Of a DNA stretch of 64,000 nt, positions 27,201-42,200 are shown one piece after another (positions within the stretch are counted from its first letter, which is position 1; every line of letters begins with the position of its first letter). Source of the DNA: Balanoglossus misakiensis (Eukaryota; Animalia; Hemichordata); assembly GCA_040954595.2 (NCBI GenBank), contig CM082583.2, positions 6,756,849-6,820,848 of the forward strand. The letters are read 5' to 3'. Under the pieces are notes generated by a model, which saw nothing but the letters and a program-made list of their open reading frames with translations, ran no database searches and was not told the origin of the DNA. A program made the translations under genes and the position numbers.

Positions 27201-30200
27201 TTTGAATATATAAAATTATCACTCAGCGTACTCCTCCCCCCCCCCCCCCACCCCCCACCCCCCACTTCATATTGGTATCAACTGAATACCATTGGAAATA
27301 AAGGGATATATACAGACTCTTTGAGAATCTAGGGGTGGACAGGTCAACATGATTACAATAGGAACATTGAAGAAGGCATTTATCAACATATATTGACAGA
27401 TTGACAGGGGGTCTTGATCTTTTTTTCCTGTTGTGACCCCAGACCCTACTACAAGGTATAATTTAGAGAGAGCCCCGCAAAGGTCAGTATGCTGCTGCAC
27501 TTTTTCAAAAGCTGAGTAATTCATTTGACAAGTTGGGACAAAATGAGCAGAGGATGTGGTCTGTGTTACTGTTAGCTTGGTCTGTGCTTCACCGAAGTGT
27601 TTAGCATTGTGAACCCGGTTGACTTGGTTACGTAGGAATGTTTTGTAGATTCTGGAATAGGGTTGAACCGGGGACAGTTTTAGCCAGGGCAGGAAGTGTA
27701 TCACTCCACAGGTCATATGGTGGCTCAGTTTGAACTTCACATCTGAAATGACTGTTCTTGTGATTAATATCACCAGAAGGTAAATGTTGATGAGTTTATA
27801 TTATCACGATGTGGGCATTGCGTAAATCATGCGCCTTGTAATGTATGAATTAGTCAGGGTTCCTATTGGTGACATCAGCGTATGCTGTGATTTATGTTTT
27901 CAACACTGAAATACGGCTACCGCAGACACCGCCATGTAGAAACACCCCACCCATTGTGTTATTTCATCTTCTCACAAGTACTGTATAAGCAAAAAATCAA
28001 ATTAAACTCTTTTGAAAAAAATATATATATTAATCTTATACTGTATTCTCTAACTTCGTGAATATGGTTGGATTTATTTACATTAGATTGTCCGAGTATA
28101 CTATACTACAGTAGTCAGTCAGAAAACTAAAAATATTCCAATTACATTTCAGAGAAATTTGGTCCAAATTTCACATAATTAATTCTTGTCCAAGCTCAGT
28201 GAATCAAAGCTGTTTATTTCAGTAATTTTTGTGTCATATTTAGGAATTTTTATTTGTTGTGTTAACTGAAACATTGTTGAATGTGTTTACACTTCATATT
28301 AATGTTTGAGTTTATTTGTCATATGCAAACAGCATTGAATTCCGTTTATTATTGTGTAACTATGCAGCAGTTACAGGTACTTGTTAATAATGAATAAATT
28401 TAATTAACAATCTTGTGTTATTCCAAACACATTTCAGTGCTACCATAAACAAAGGTGTTGACACAACCTCTTCAGACTGATAACTGTGATCTTTTTTACA
28501 CTGATTTTGGCCCCAAATATTTTTTTTCTGAAGCTGTTTGTTTTATACCAAATGCAGACATGTAGATGAAAACTACAGTTTTGCCTCCTATTGTAGATCA
28601 AATCAAGGAAACCATTGAATGTTCATTAAATAGTTTTCTATTTTAAAATTTTCATAAATCTGTTTGATATGAATTGAGACTAGGTGAGATTTTTTGATGT
28701 AAAACCTAACTAGAAATGTGGAAGTGAGACGTTATTGGTCATGAGTGGGATTGAAACCTAGGCTATATTATTGGATTTTCTGAGTTTTGCTAATTAAAAC
28801 TTTATCCAGGATAATAAATTAAATTTTCCGATTTTTTTTTTAGGAGAGGGAGGTGTTTTAAATCCCAGTAAGAATTGGGTCTGAATCTTTGAAATAGCGC
28901 TATTTAAAAAGCTTTGTGTTACACGAAATGCCTTGTGAATGACTTCTAGTAATGTGATAGTTTGAGCATTCAGTTTCTGAGTGCACAGGCCTTCAGCAAG
29001 CTAAACAGTTATACTGCATTCACCAGACCTGATTAACACATAGGAACTTGCCCATGTGTTGATCTGGTGTCAAAAGCAAATGTGGTTTGGACAGAGTTGT
29101 GTGAAAATGATCATGGACCCATAACAGATAGTGGTGTATCATCACAGTGAGTTAGGTATTTTTCAACCAACTGCATCGCATCAGTCATGCAAACTTGCAT
29201 GGTTTTAATTCGATGTTTGTATCGATCCAGTGTTAGACAATGTTAGTCATTTCAAGACCTGTCTCAGTTCTAAAGTTTGCTCGCCAGTAAACAGTCCATG
29301 GGCATTGTACTGATTGTTGCTATCTGCCGGTCTCTGATAATGTCGGGGCATAAACAGATGTTTCCTGATAATTTCAAGTCTGCTAACCTTTAACAGAAGC
29401 TGTGTAAGATTACGGCATTCGACGTTGCCACTGGACTGGCATTACAGCGTTGTCACACGTCCATCACTGATTCTGCAAATTCATCCTTCATAATATTGAC
29501 TGGCGTTCTTTTACCTGTCATTGGCAGCAAACCAAGAAAGGATTTGTGACGTTGACCGTCAGGAGCCGAGAGACACCCATCCACTCCCCGAGACACAGCC
29601 CAGGACAATCACCGCTAAGCACCCGGTCAGGGACACCCAATCACACACCTGTAGGCACACTGAGGCAGTTCAACAACAGGTACAGTACATGTAGAAATCT
29701 AAGCTGTATTTCACGGCAATGTTTTGCCACCAAGTCATACATCTCATTCATTTGCATTTCCTCATCACCAACTCTAACTAAGAAATTGTTCTACAAAACT
29801 AATAACTAGGTGTAAATTGAGAAAGATAAAAACAAGTTTAAAATATTATCGCTCTAATTTGTCAAATTTCAAATAGCTTTCGGTTTAAAACACCAATCCT
29901 ATATTGCTATTTTGAAATATTTATCAAGTTAATCCATTTGCTTTTAGATAAACCTGATAAAAAATCTGCACACTTTAATATTTGCAGTTCATACCATGAA
30001 GGTCCGCCAGTAACACGTTTTCTCTCAGCAGTCATTTTCATAAATTGAAACAATTTCCCTTTATTTGTTGAAATTAGAAATAATCTTGGTGCTCAAGTTG
30101 TCATTTTAAGAAAAATAGATCTCCAGTGATGAATATCTGGAGTTCATATTGGCCAGTATAGAAACAAATAGATATAGGACCCCAGCTTGGAGTTAATTGT

Positions 30201-33200
30201 CATACGTGTGGGGGAGGGGGAGGGCATTGGTTAGGGTTTTCTTCTAGGCAGAGGAATGTCACCTTAGTTTGTGTGGAATGGAGGGTGAAGTCGCCGTGGC
30301 ATTGTCATGCAAATGATCCCCACTTTAAGCAAATCACTGGTGGGCATTCTGTGCTTTGCTCTGCCAGGTTACAAAGAGACGCCACACAACACAGTGGTAT
30401 TGTTTGGAACCTTTCTTTGGTTATAGACATCGGGAGAGAAATGATCGGCCAATCCAAATCATGTGTTTCAGTCATGTACGATTGGAATCGCAAATTGTAA
30501 GCTCCGGCTACGACCCGGACATGAAGATTGTTACGTCCACAGCCATGTGTGAGATTAGTGATTTCTGAAACGATTGTAGTGGGTTTTTGACTTCTACATT
30601 GAGAAGACTTGTATGGAATTTCTCAAATAGTGGGCAGACTGCCAAGAACGTACACAAGAAAAGTATGTAGCCCTTACAGATGGGCAAAGTAAGCTATAAA
30701 AATTGCAGTGTGTACTTAATTATAGCTCGTATCATTTGTGCCCCATTAGGAAATAATCTGTGTCACTTTAAAATGTATAGGTGCCAGTCACATAATTAAG
30801 CCAACAAATTTGCATATCTGAAATTCTCACAGACTGGTCCGATATTGTCTATAGAAGAATGCGGAAAATGGTCCCTACTGTTTATAAATTTCAGAATGTG
30901 GGCAAATCAGGCGTGCTTTCCTTTTGTTCCCACATGAATATCTTGGCCCGGATCCAGGTGACTTGGAGTCGTTGTCCCAAATCTCTGAATGCCACTTTTG
31001 TGTGTGCATTTCCATTTTGTTTACGCTGCCTTTGGTTTGCATATCAATCTGCAGATCGCCCGACGCAACAATAGGGGCGGACATGTCTGAGCCATTGCAA
31101 ACAGCCGTCGATATTACGTCAGGTGAAGTCAGCTTGGCAGCACCGGGAACTTCAGCTCTCCGGGACAATCCGACGACTACCCCAAGCAAATTGTATGATG
31201 TCACCCTCATTAAAGGTAAGGAGTCCCCCCCCCCCAAGTAATCTTCCATTGTTTGGAATGTTCTTGTGTCAATGTCATTACTTCCCTACTGCAGGCCGGA
31301 GCAGTATTTGCCAATCATGATTGATATCCCAGTTGGTATAATACTGCAGACTTATGGCAGGATTAAACTATACGAGAAAATCCTGTCAATGTCATCTACT
31401 GTTCTTCAGGTTGAATACCTTGTAATACTCTCTGCTGAAAAACGGAGGGTGATCATGACTGGAGTAAGATTATGATCCACAGCAGTATTTTAAAATATAT
31501 AGCAGTATGTGTCGAAACTTAGGGATTCTTATAATAAGAATTGTCACCATATTGGCTCCAGTGAGAATCAGCAAAACGTTTAGACCATATGTACCGTCAG
31601 CCATTTCTTACCTAAGCCCCTAAAGCATGCATGCCTTTATTTATCCCTCATGAAACAAAAAAAGGGTAGTGACCAACTGAAGTTTATACACTAACAGTAA
31701 CTTTGTTGCCATTCATTGGGTGTGTACAGTACTGGGTAGCTAGGATTCTGGATGACAACACTATTGACGAAGAATGCGGAGTGTCGTCTATTGTCAACAC
31801 AGCATACCCCAGAGTTTCATACTCTGTAACCTTGGTTTTGCCTCTATAAACTTGGTGGGGAGAACCTTGACTTTGTGTGACAGCGTCAATCAATTCGGTC
31901 CACATTTCATCCCAGCTAAATCTAAAATTTTGGTTTTACTCTGAATTATTTTTTAACAGAAAAAGGAATCAGCCTTGGTATTGGTGTCATCTGTCTAGAT
32001 CTGCCAGAGGGTGAAAAAGGAATATTTATTCAACATTTGGCCGATAATTCTCCCGCGAAACTTGATGGACATATAAAGTGAGTATGAGTGCATATAGTTC
32101 TTTTGTTACTCTGTCATAAATATCAAGATAGTTTGGTTACCATGGTAATAGCTTAATAACATAACTATTGGACCATGGCCGAGCTAACATTTTCGGTTGG
32201 TTCTTTTTGGTCGTAAATGTTGATCTGTTAACATTACGTGTGAGAAAAGTTTGTATATTCTGTTAACAACAGTGGTGAGTGACACACACCATTGTTTTCG
32301 ATGATATGAATATATCTGAATGCATGACAATGGGGTAAAAATAAATCTTTTCTTCTGTTATTCTTGAGGCTAGATTTATGACCTTACAAACCAAAAACAG
32401 TCTAATTGTCTGTCGACAAACATTTAATACAACATTCCTGGTTTGTGAGAACACAATTCAAAATGTCCACACTTAGCCGTGAACTACAGTATTAGGATTT
32501 TAAAAAAGTAGGATTGAAAAGAAATCCTTGAAAGAGAGATTGAACACGTAAACATACTTCAGGCAATGTACTTTAATGTAAAAACCTGGTGAAGGTGCGT
32601 TTTCTATTGAGAGAAAAGGGAGAGTATGAGGTGGTCGATTACAGCAACGTGAGGTCAGTGAGGAGGGGCGTGTTTGCTGTTTTCCGGATCAGACCCCAAT
32701 GGACAGGGTCTCCACATAGATTCTTTACACCCACAATGGTATGAGATCACAGAGACCGTTGCGACAAGGACACCTGTAGACTGCAGAGGCTGTTTTTCTT
32801 CTTCTCTGAATACGCCTGGCCATCAGAGTAATTCACATCAATTAATCAATAGGCCATGTCAAATTAAAGATTGCCACAATGTCGTAGACATCATCTTGAG
32901 GTCATCGGACAGTGTTGTCATTGTGTAATTTCAAGGAATAAAGTGCGTTTTGATGTTCTTTCATTACGACGACTTTTACCTGGTTGTTTTTATAGGTGTG
33001 TCCTTTTTTTGGCCTTTAATACTGTGGCCATTTATTTTAGGTATTGTGTACTTAACAGTTAGTCAGACCAGCTGTATGACTTGTTGGTTGGTAGTTTATT
33101 TTATCACTGCAATCAAGAATTTTCAACATTTGAATGTGTATTTTAAACAGTACAGTTATCAGTTTCTGTTGATTTGTTCATCAACTTCTTTTTTTCATCA

Positions 33201-36200
33201 TTTCAGTCGTGGCGACCAGATCCTTGCCGTTAATGGTCACAGCCTTGTTAATGTGTCGTTAACCGAAGCTCACCGAGTCTACGGCGCACTGCAACCAGGA
33301 CAGGTCCATCTGCAAATGATGGCGGATCCAAACCCTCAGGTACGGCATACACAGCTCTGTCAAAATCGTCAATGATTTACATTCAGTTCTGAATCAGGAG
33401 AGAGTGCAGTTGTAGTTTATTGACACCATTAGTGTATTTTCAAAAGGAAGGCATCACTGTCTATGTTATTTTGTTACTTTTTGTTTCGTGAGAAGTTCTT
33501 TTAAGTTTCAGTAAAACCCCAAAGACACTTGCATGGTGTTGAAAGCTAGGAGCATTAATTGCTCTCTAGTTGGTAGACTTACCAGTGATGTTTCATCTCC
33601 AAATGTCATTTCGTTGTCTGAATATAAAGTTTGAGCAGCATACGCTTTGTAAGTCTACTCACAGACTGTCTATGGTTTACTCAGTTATAGAAATTGTTAC
33701 AAGGAAATACTCCAAGTCATCAATTTTCAAGAATTTATTTCTATCTCCTCCCATCAACATGTTGCAGTTGTTCACAGAGATTTCTCTCATGTCATTTAAA
33801 TTTCTGCTTTTTTCAGGTTTTCAATGACAATTCATCTACGGCTGAAGTCAGAGGTCTTACACCATCACCTCACCCAGACAATGAAATGAATACCCCTCCA
33901 CAGGTACCAGATCAAGGTGTGTAGCGTTCCTCTTTTGAGAAGGATATACCCCACAAAGTTTAATGACAAACTGTTAAATGTGAGGATTTTCTTCATGACA
34001 AATATCGCTCCATAAAGATGACAGTATATGCTTCCCTATAATGTTTGGTTTCATTGAAAGGCGAATTGTTCAATAAATTGTCTGGAGATGAAATGGTACC
34101 GTAATGTTGTCAGGGTGTTTTTCCAGAGTAAATCAAAAAAAGTTTTTTTTATTGAACAATGGCTACTTTTTCCCTTGACAGATGAAACAGTCATAAGAAC
34201 AAGTTCACCAAGTCTTCTCAAGTCGAATTTGATTCAGTCACAGGTATGTACATGTGTGTGGGTTTCTGCAGAGAACTTCATCATTGTACATGAACAGTAT
34301 ATTGCTTTTACCATGTGATCATTCTAGAGTTACAGCCGAAATTATGAAAGGTCGCCGATTCAATATGTGATCTAGACGTCCTGTGTGCACTGAACACACG
34401 ATGTGTTTATCTAACACAAACAACAGAACCTCTCATAAAAGAGATGCGGTATCATTAGACTAATTACAGATGGTAGTCTGGAAACACGCTCCCCCTCAGA
34501 GAGAGTTGTTTACTTGGGTACACTCTCAACATAAAGCGTATACACTTTGAGATTAAACTTTGACATCCGTGTTGAGAGTGTACCCAAGTAAACAACTCTC
34601 TCTGAGGGGGAGCGTGTTTCCAGACTACCATCTGTAATTAGTCTAATGATACCGCATCTCTTTTATGAGAGGTTCTGTTGTTTGTGTTAGATAAACACAT
34701 CGTGTGTTCAGTGCACACAGGACGTCTAGATCACATATTGAATCGGCGACCTTTCATAATTTCGGCTGTATCAGTTAGTGTTCACATTGCTGAGATTATC
34801 TGTTACATGCTTTCTTCTTCGTTATAAATTTATGCAGCCTGTGCAATCAGTTAAACGTGTCAGATGGCTTCTACCGGTATGTTACGAGTTACGACATAAT
34901 TATCACCCAGCATGCATTTCAACAACTAGACCCGATTTTTATTCAAATCTTCCCAGCTTGCATTGATGTCCCAAGGAATGTGAGAGGTCGTTGAACCCCT
35001 CTTTCAAGTACAGCATGATAATTACCTTCATCCATGCATGCATGAGCACTTTTTGTAGTCTGCACCACGAAAATTAGAATTTGTGACAAACAGTTGCTCA
35101 AGGAATCATTTGAATTGACTGTTTTTTAAGAGCAAAGCAAGAATTAAAAAAAAACTTAAGGTGACACAGCAAAATCTTTAGATAACTGAGCTAAATTTCC
35201 AAATTCAACCAACCATTTTAATCAGAAGCTGGTACTTTCTTATCTATATCACAGCGGCCAATTTCGAAAACTTCACTTCATATTTTCTGGTTGAGTTTCC
35301 ATTGTACATGTACATGAATGTGAATTACACTTCACCTTGTTTGAACAATGCATGGTATTCCCAGCTGGGTGTAACCTGTCTCTATTGATATCCGTTCCCA
35401 TACTTGTCTATGGAGCTATTCTCTGGCGAAATCTCCTATCTACAAATATTCACCCTTTTGTTGTCTTTTACCTCTTTCAACTCCCATGTTATTTTAGTCC
35501 ACTGTAATCCCGTCAACATCTTCACACACTACAAAACTCAATCTCGTGGAGGGCTATGGGTGAAAGCTCTTGTAGTTTGAAAAAAATCTTCAAAAATCAA
35601 ATTTTTTACTGGTTTGTGTTTCCATAACAACTGCCAATGTCAGTCATAACTGATTTAGTCGTGTGATGCCTGTAATGTGCACACATTTCTGTGGACGTGC
35701 TGACCGATGGTAATATGTAATGGCTGTCTTTTATCAAAGAATAAACAAGATCAAAATCTGCCATTTATCAGATTCTAAAAAAACACAATATTATCGATGG
35801 TGCAATTTGTTACTTTTCATTGATTTTGTACATTGAAGTCAGATTCGGTGACCCTTCTTTGGGAAAAAGTCTTGAAACTGTAGAAAGAGAAATAACCTCT
35901 TTACATTGCTTTTGGATTGTCACAGTTCACAGGGCAAAGGTTCAGTAAATTAGATTTGTTGATTATATTTTGCTGTTTTTATCTTATTGAGGAAGTAGAA
36001 TTTTGGTTATCGCAGTTGACATGGTATATAATAGCTTGTGTAGTATGTTGTTTTTGCTTTATCATGACATTTTGCTGGATTTTCTGTTCATTTAGGACTA
36101 CCCCAGTACTGATTCAGAGCTGGCACAAATCAATGCCGACACGTCCAATCAGAGTCCATCCGTAGCTGTCAATCAGTCATCTCCAGCCAATCAGGTGCCA

Positions 36201-39200
36201 AGTCTCTCAGGATCACAGAAAGGATACTTCAGCAGTTCTGAAACCAGCGGGAGTGTGGAAGATGGAAAGAGGATCGACCCGGAGAAGCCGGAGTTCCTTG
36301 GAAGTGGAACGTATAGCAGCGGGAATGACGGATCTGGTTGGGAGCCTGGATATTTGCCGTCGGATGCCAGCACAGAAAACAGCGAAGACGAAGGAATAGA
36401 TCAGGAAAAGCCCCAAAGGAGCCTTTCCAGCAGTGGGTCTGGCAGAAGCACACCAGCTTCCTGTGCCAGCGGGTCTGGTAGGAGTACGCCGGCATCTTGT
36501 GCCAGCAATAAAAGTGACGTCAGTCTAGATTTGGCTGCTCAGTACGCAAGACAACTTAGTGCAATGGACGACAAAGTCAGTGATGATGACGGTGGTGGTG
36601 ATGATGATGTAACAGAAACTGACGAGTTTAGGCCGGTAGCGCATTTCAACGACGGTACAATCTCCACCAACGCCTCCACTTTGATGTCTCTTGGGGCGTC
36701 GTCGCACGAAGACAAAGTGATCAACCAGGGACCCATTGCCATCCTGGAACTGAAGCGGGATGAAGGTGAGAGGTTAGGAATGGGGCTCAAGATCAATGGC
36801 GAGCGCGGCAGTCCGGCGGTCGTCGATTCGGTTTTCGTGTCCTCGGTGACCCCGAACGGACCGGCCGACAGAGCGGAGGGAGGGCAGACTGGACTGACGG
36901 TGGGCGACGAGATACTTAATGTGAATGGGCATAACATCAAAGAACTGTGCTACGCTGAGGTGGTGAAACTCTTCCAGGATCTTCCTTTGTACTCTCAAAT
37001 CATATTAGCGCGGGGGGAGATGGTGCTGGAGGAAACGTTAGATCAAAATGGAGGAACGTTCGATCAGAATGAAGAAACGTTAGATCGGACCGAATCGTAC
37101 AGATCGTGGACGGGAACAGAGTCTCTTGAACAAACTATGGATGACGCTGACATTCAGGAAATCGTTTCCCCGGATGAAGGACAAGAAAGTCAAAGTTATG
37201 TGGAAAGTCTAGAGGAACAGGAACAGTGGGCCAAAGTGGAGGAAAAGCTGATAGAATCCGTCAATTCTCAGGAAAACACACCGTTGGATTGTGTCAGAAC
37301 ACCATTGAGTACGATGGAAGAATTGGAATGGCAAAAAGTGGACACCTCACCTAGAGCAAAGACATCAGACTTTCCAACACCAGAAGGATTTGAGATCGTT
37401 GAATGTGTCTTAAATAAACCTGCAGATGCAGTATTAGGACTTTGTATTGTCTCTAGCAAACCCCCAACAGATGGCTACGTTCAGGTTGGTATACTTTTCA
37501 TGAAAGTTAATTGAGCTTTTTTTGTAAGTGTTACTGTTTTGTTAATGTGTATAAGCTGCCACTCAGCAATGGTACATCACAAAACCTAGAGCTGAACCGA
37601 CCTTTCTTTGATACCATTGACCTTGTCTGGCTTCATCTGACCTTGAATGAACTGATCTCATGAAACAGTCATGTACCTTGACCTGACTTCGTTTGACCTA
37701 TATCGGTGCCTTGACCTGATCTAACCTCACTTGAGCCGATTGCTACCTCAAACTGACCCCATCTGACCCGACTGAACCTGACCCGAACAAATTGACCTGA
37801 TTCAGACAAAAAATAATCGATGCAGTGGAATGAGAATCCACTTTCTCCTCTTCATAAATAAGTATTTGTTATCCTTCCCTAATACTTTTTGGATAATCTA
37901 CTACAGGTTAGGCGCATACTGGCCGACAGTGTTTGCTCAAGGGACCCCAAAGTTCAAGTTGGAGATAGACTGGTCTCTATCAACGGACATGCGCTTTACA
38001 ACTCAACCATGACTAATGCTTTAGAACTACTTAAACAGAACACTGAACAGGTGAAAATTGTTTTACTGAGAGACACAGGGACCGGCAAACACAACGTCCC
38101 AGAAGACTCAAGCAGCCAAAGCAGTCTGCAGGACAAGGAAGGAACCGTGTCTGCTAGTCCGTCCCTGGAGCTGAACTTTGATGACGATGATGATGAAGAA
38201 GATATAGGAGATCTTTTGATGCTAGAGACAGAGGTTGATGATGAGAATATGGAGGAGAAAGAAGAGGAGGAGGAGGAGAGAGGGGACGAAGTCGTGAAAA
38301 GAAAAGAGGAGGCACTTGAAGAAGTAGGCCATGAAAATATTGAAAGAGAAGAACCTGTTTGTTTGATTCCAACACAGGCAACCCCAGTAAACACCGAGAA
38401 AGTGGAGGAAGCTGGAGATATTGACTTTGAAGCAGCAAACGAGAATTGGGATGTGCCGGTAACAGATATCGATGCGTTGTTGGCAGCTGATGAAGATATT
38501 GCACAACCGTCGTCATCACCGAGGCCGAAGAGTCCCGTGAAGGATGATTTAGACCAGGGTAGTGTTTCTGTATCTGCGAGCAGTTCAAGATCGGAAAGTC
38601 CAGTGAAAGTTCTGGATGAATTCGAGGATGGTGATGACGATGATATCTCAGCCCCGCCTCCTCTACCGGATGCTCCTGCACCGCCCCTGCCAGTAAGTCT
38701 GCCGCCGATGCTGTCTTCCGATGTGGACCCGGCAGAAGAGATCGCGGTGTCTGACATCTTGGAGGCCTTGTCTGATGAGACCCCAGCACCTCCGGATGCG
38801 TTTGGAACCGATGCTGTGGTGGACGGGACTGAATCTGTGCCATGCGCCGAGATCGCCGGCCGGGTATCGCCATCTGTGGAAACGGAACTGATGCTGTCCG
38901 ATGCGCAGGATGAACGGAAGACGCCTTTGAATGTTGAAGAAGTCCCGTTTGAAGTTGATGGTACGGTGCAAACAACGGAGCGTGGAAACCCACCACCATC
39001 CTTGCTGGATGAAACAATTCCCCCTTTGTCGGTTGAAGTGGCACCATTATTGACCGATGGAACGACACCATCACAGCTGAGTGAAGAGACTTCAGCTGTG
39101 AAAACTGAGGCAATAGCACCTTCAGCAGGCAGTGTGGAACCATCTTTGTTAGAAGATTTAATAACCCCGTCCCCACCAGATGAAGTGAAGCGATCTACAT

Positions 39201-42200
39201 CAGGTGAGCTGTCAATATCTGCACCCAGTGAAAAAGAAGTAGAGCCATCAAGAAAAGAAACGACGCCATCTCTACCAATTGACCTGCTTTTACAAATTGG
39301 CCAACCGCCAGAACTACCTGCCGTCCCTCCGCCACCGCTGCCCTCCGACTCCCTTCCAGAAGACGTGCCTCCTCCAGCACCGACAGAAGTGACCCACCGT
39401 GACCACGCCCCTGTCGACGCCCCTCCTGCAACTCCTCCCTCCCAAACAAAACAACCCTCCAGCAGTAACATTCCGCCAGTCCAACCGACCAAGCCTAGGT
39501 TTGTCATAAAGAAACCGTTGATGTCACCTCCCAGTCTGAAATCCAAGACATCTCCGCCCGTCCCACTGAAACCCAAACTGGCCGCTGCCAACAGAGGGAG
39601 TCTCGGGGCAGTGACACCCATTCACCCTTCAACACCTGTGTCGGCCATCAGCCCGCAGCAGTCATCACCCCCACCATCATCCAGCCCCCGACACTCTCCG
39701 CCGTCATCGCCCAAGAGCAGCCCCAACCAGAACGAAGTTTACCCCCGGGGCAGGTCCCCTCTGCGACTGTCCCCAGATGAACACATGAAACAGATTCCGA
39801 TCGGAGGAACCAAGCCGTGGACGGAGTTCGCCAAATCCAGTGGCAGGCTGATCGAAAGCAAAGTTGTAGCCAAGTAAGTGTAATGCGCAGCCATTGCATT
39901 CACTCACGTAATTGCCACAGAATTAATTTGAGTAAGTCACTCAGAAAAGTTGACAAACCAGTCACCCCAGGCTGGATGAGATTCACACTTATTTGAAGTA
40001 AAATGTTAAACATTTGTAACTTTTTTTGATGATTGGGCACAAGTGAACTGTGCATGATCTATGAGTGAGCTCACCAGACCGCATTACCCAAAAGGATGTG
40101 TACACATAAATGTTTTTGTTGTTGTGCTCCTGGTATTCATCCTGTGAATTATTAGTTGTTTTTTTTGTCTGGAACTCTATTGGTGAATTCGTGAGTGTCT
40201 TCAACCATGTGAAAACATGTCTGTATCTACGTTAAATTTTGGTAATTTGTTTGCCATAGGTACAAGAGATCTGAGGAGGGGCCATTCCTCATTCAACTCC
40301 TGAAGGGTTTTCGTGAACTTGGCATCAAGGTCTCGCTGGACGGGAGTGGTCGCACCGTAGTCACTGAATTGTCACCGGGCGGGGCCGCCGTGAGAGATGG
40401 TCATATCAGGTAAGCGCCTGACCTTCTGTTTAGAGTTTCACTCCAATTTGCAGCAAATGTGAACTGGAGTCGGGGAAAACAACACCCAGGAGGCAAGTGT
40501 GAAAATTTACCTGTGCAGCTGTGTCACACTTGGCAGAATCTCTATGGTAACAGATACAGGTTAATGTACAGGTTTTTTGACCTTATGATCCACAGAGCTA
40601 TAAGCCTGTGCATGGATGAATATATTATTACATTTTCCAGCTTTCTGCTCTTAAGTCATCCCAGGTCATTGAAAACCAACTGTGTATTTGTGAAGTGGCG
40701 TATCTCGTAAGATGCATTTGTTGGTAACTCAGTAAACCTGTCTGAACGACAAAGACAATTGAGAATTTGTCTTTGCCCTGGTCCCCCCCCCCCCCCCCAA
40801 TTTTTGGGGCTCTCTGTGATTATGGGGACAACAGTGTCCTGGCTGATCAACAATATTCTTGTAGGTGTTTTCTCTCTGCTGAACGTGCGGTGAGGACCAT
40901 AAAATGCAAGGAATGTAAAAGTTGAAAGATCAATGCAGGTTTGAATAGTTCTGATGTGTCCATGTCGACATCGCTGAGAGCCACCTTAGGGACACACCTG
41001 GTTGGCCAGAGGTGATTTTTTCTTAAATAGAACGTGAGACCATGACGAAGGACATCCTGGACGTCAGAGATCTCAATTTTCAGCTTGTTGGTTTTGCTGA
41101 CAGTCATGGCAATGATGCACTCGGAGAGAGAATGCAGTAGCCGTTCCCAACAGCTGTGCAAAAAACTCAAATGCTGGATTTAATTATCATGCTGTCCAGG
41201 TGAAAGCCTTCGTGAAACTTGTGAAATGTGGCTAATAAAAACTGATATCGGGGGCCGTTGTATTAAAGGGGGACTATGGTACTGCGTCATGGCATTAAAA
41301 GTAGACAATGCCGGTTAACTTCAACCCCGCATTGTTTGCTGTCTGCCGCATTGTTCATGAGGTCCCACCAGGCACATAAATCAGTGTGTTGTTCAACTGT
41401 AAACAAGGGACACACCTAGAAGTGTCTGTATGTGACCCTCACTTCACCAGCCGGCCGGCCGTAAGAGTTAATCAACCTAAAGGCATGTGGTTTTAAAGCT
41501 TCTCTGGTGAATTCCACAGGTGACTTTGCTTGTCGTGTCCTGAAAACCTAATTCTGCAATTTCAAATATGTTGTTGTTTGTTTTTGTTTTTGGGTGGGGC
41601 TATCATCATCCATACCAATGTAGTGTGTGCCACTAAGGAAAGGGGGAAGGAGGAGGGGAGGTGCGTTGTTTAGGAAAAACCCAGAAGCTCACCAGGCTAT
41701 CAACTGCATAAATGAAATCGTAGCAGCCTGATCCAATAAAACAAGATTAGAATCGTCTGCGCTTGCATGATGAGTCCAAAGATTCATATCACACCCTTTT
41801 CCAGACAAACAGGTACATGTACATTAATTTGTTGAAGTTGGAAGTGACATAGTCAAACTTTTATATGCTCAGGATATATGTTCCTGAACTGACTTGCCAA
41901 GAATAACGTTCATCTGAAATCTGGTATTTCATTCTTCGGGACTCCTTGAGTACCCTAATCCAGCCAATCCCCATATTGTTGATCGTAACATTGTTCTCGC
42001 TTAAAGTGGTGTGTTTTTCTTTTCCTGTCTGTGGTCAATGATGGCTAATTAGTGGGTCTTTTCATTCACTGATCTTTACACCAGAGTCAGTGGTGTGTGA
42101 TGGTAAAATCACAGTTCATGCTTTGCAGCACAGTGTTTGTTTCATCTCGGTCAAAATATTTTCACAAAGTCGGATTGCGGTATAATAAAAGCAAGCCAGA

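Noticed and set aside
27180-27265. G and C homopolymer runs (also about 40783, 45960, 56624)
   Set aside because: Simple mononucleotide tracts common throughout the window; lengths are unreliable.
34331-34770. Foldback as a miRNA precursor or CRISPR-like array
   Set aside because: The stem is far longer and more perfect than a pre-miRNA, and there is no repeat-spacer periodicity.
37996-39621. 541-aa antisense ORF (also 38154-39176)
   Set aside because: Shadow of the low-complexity, GC-richer sense exon; Gly/Ser-rich with no domain signal.
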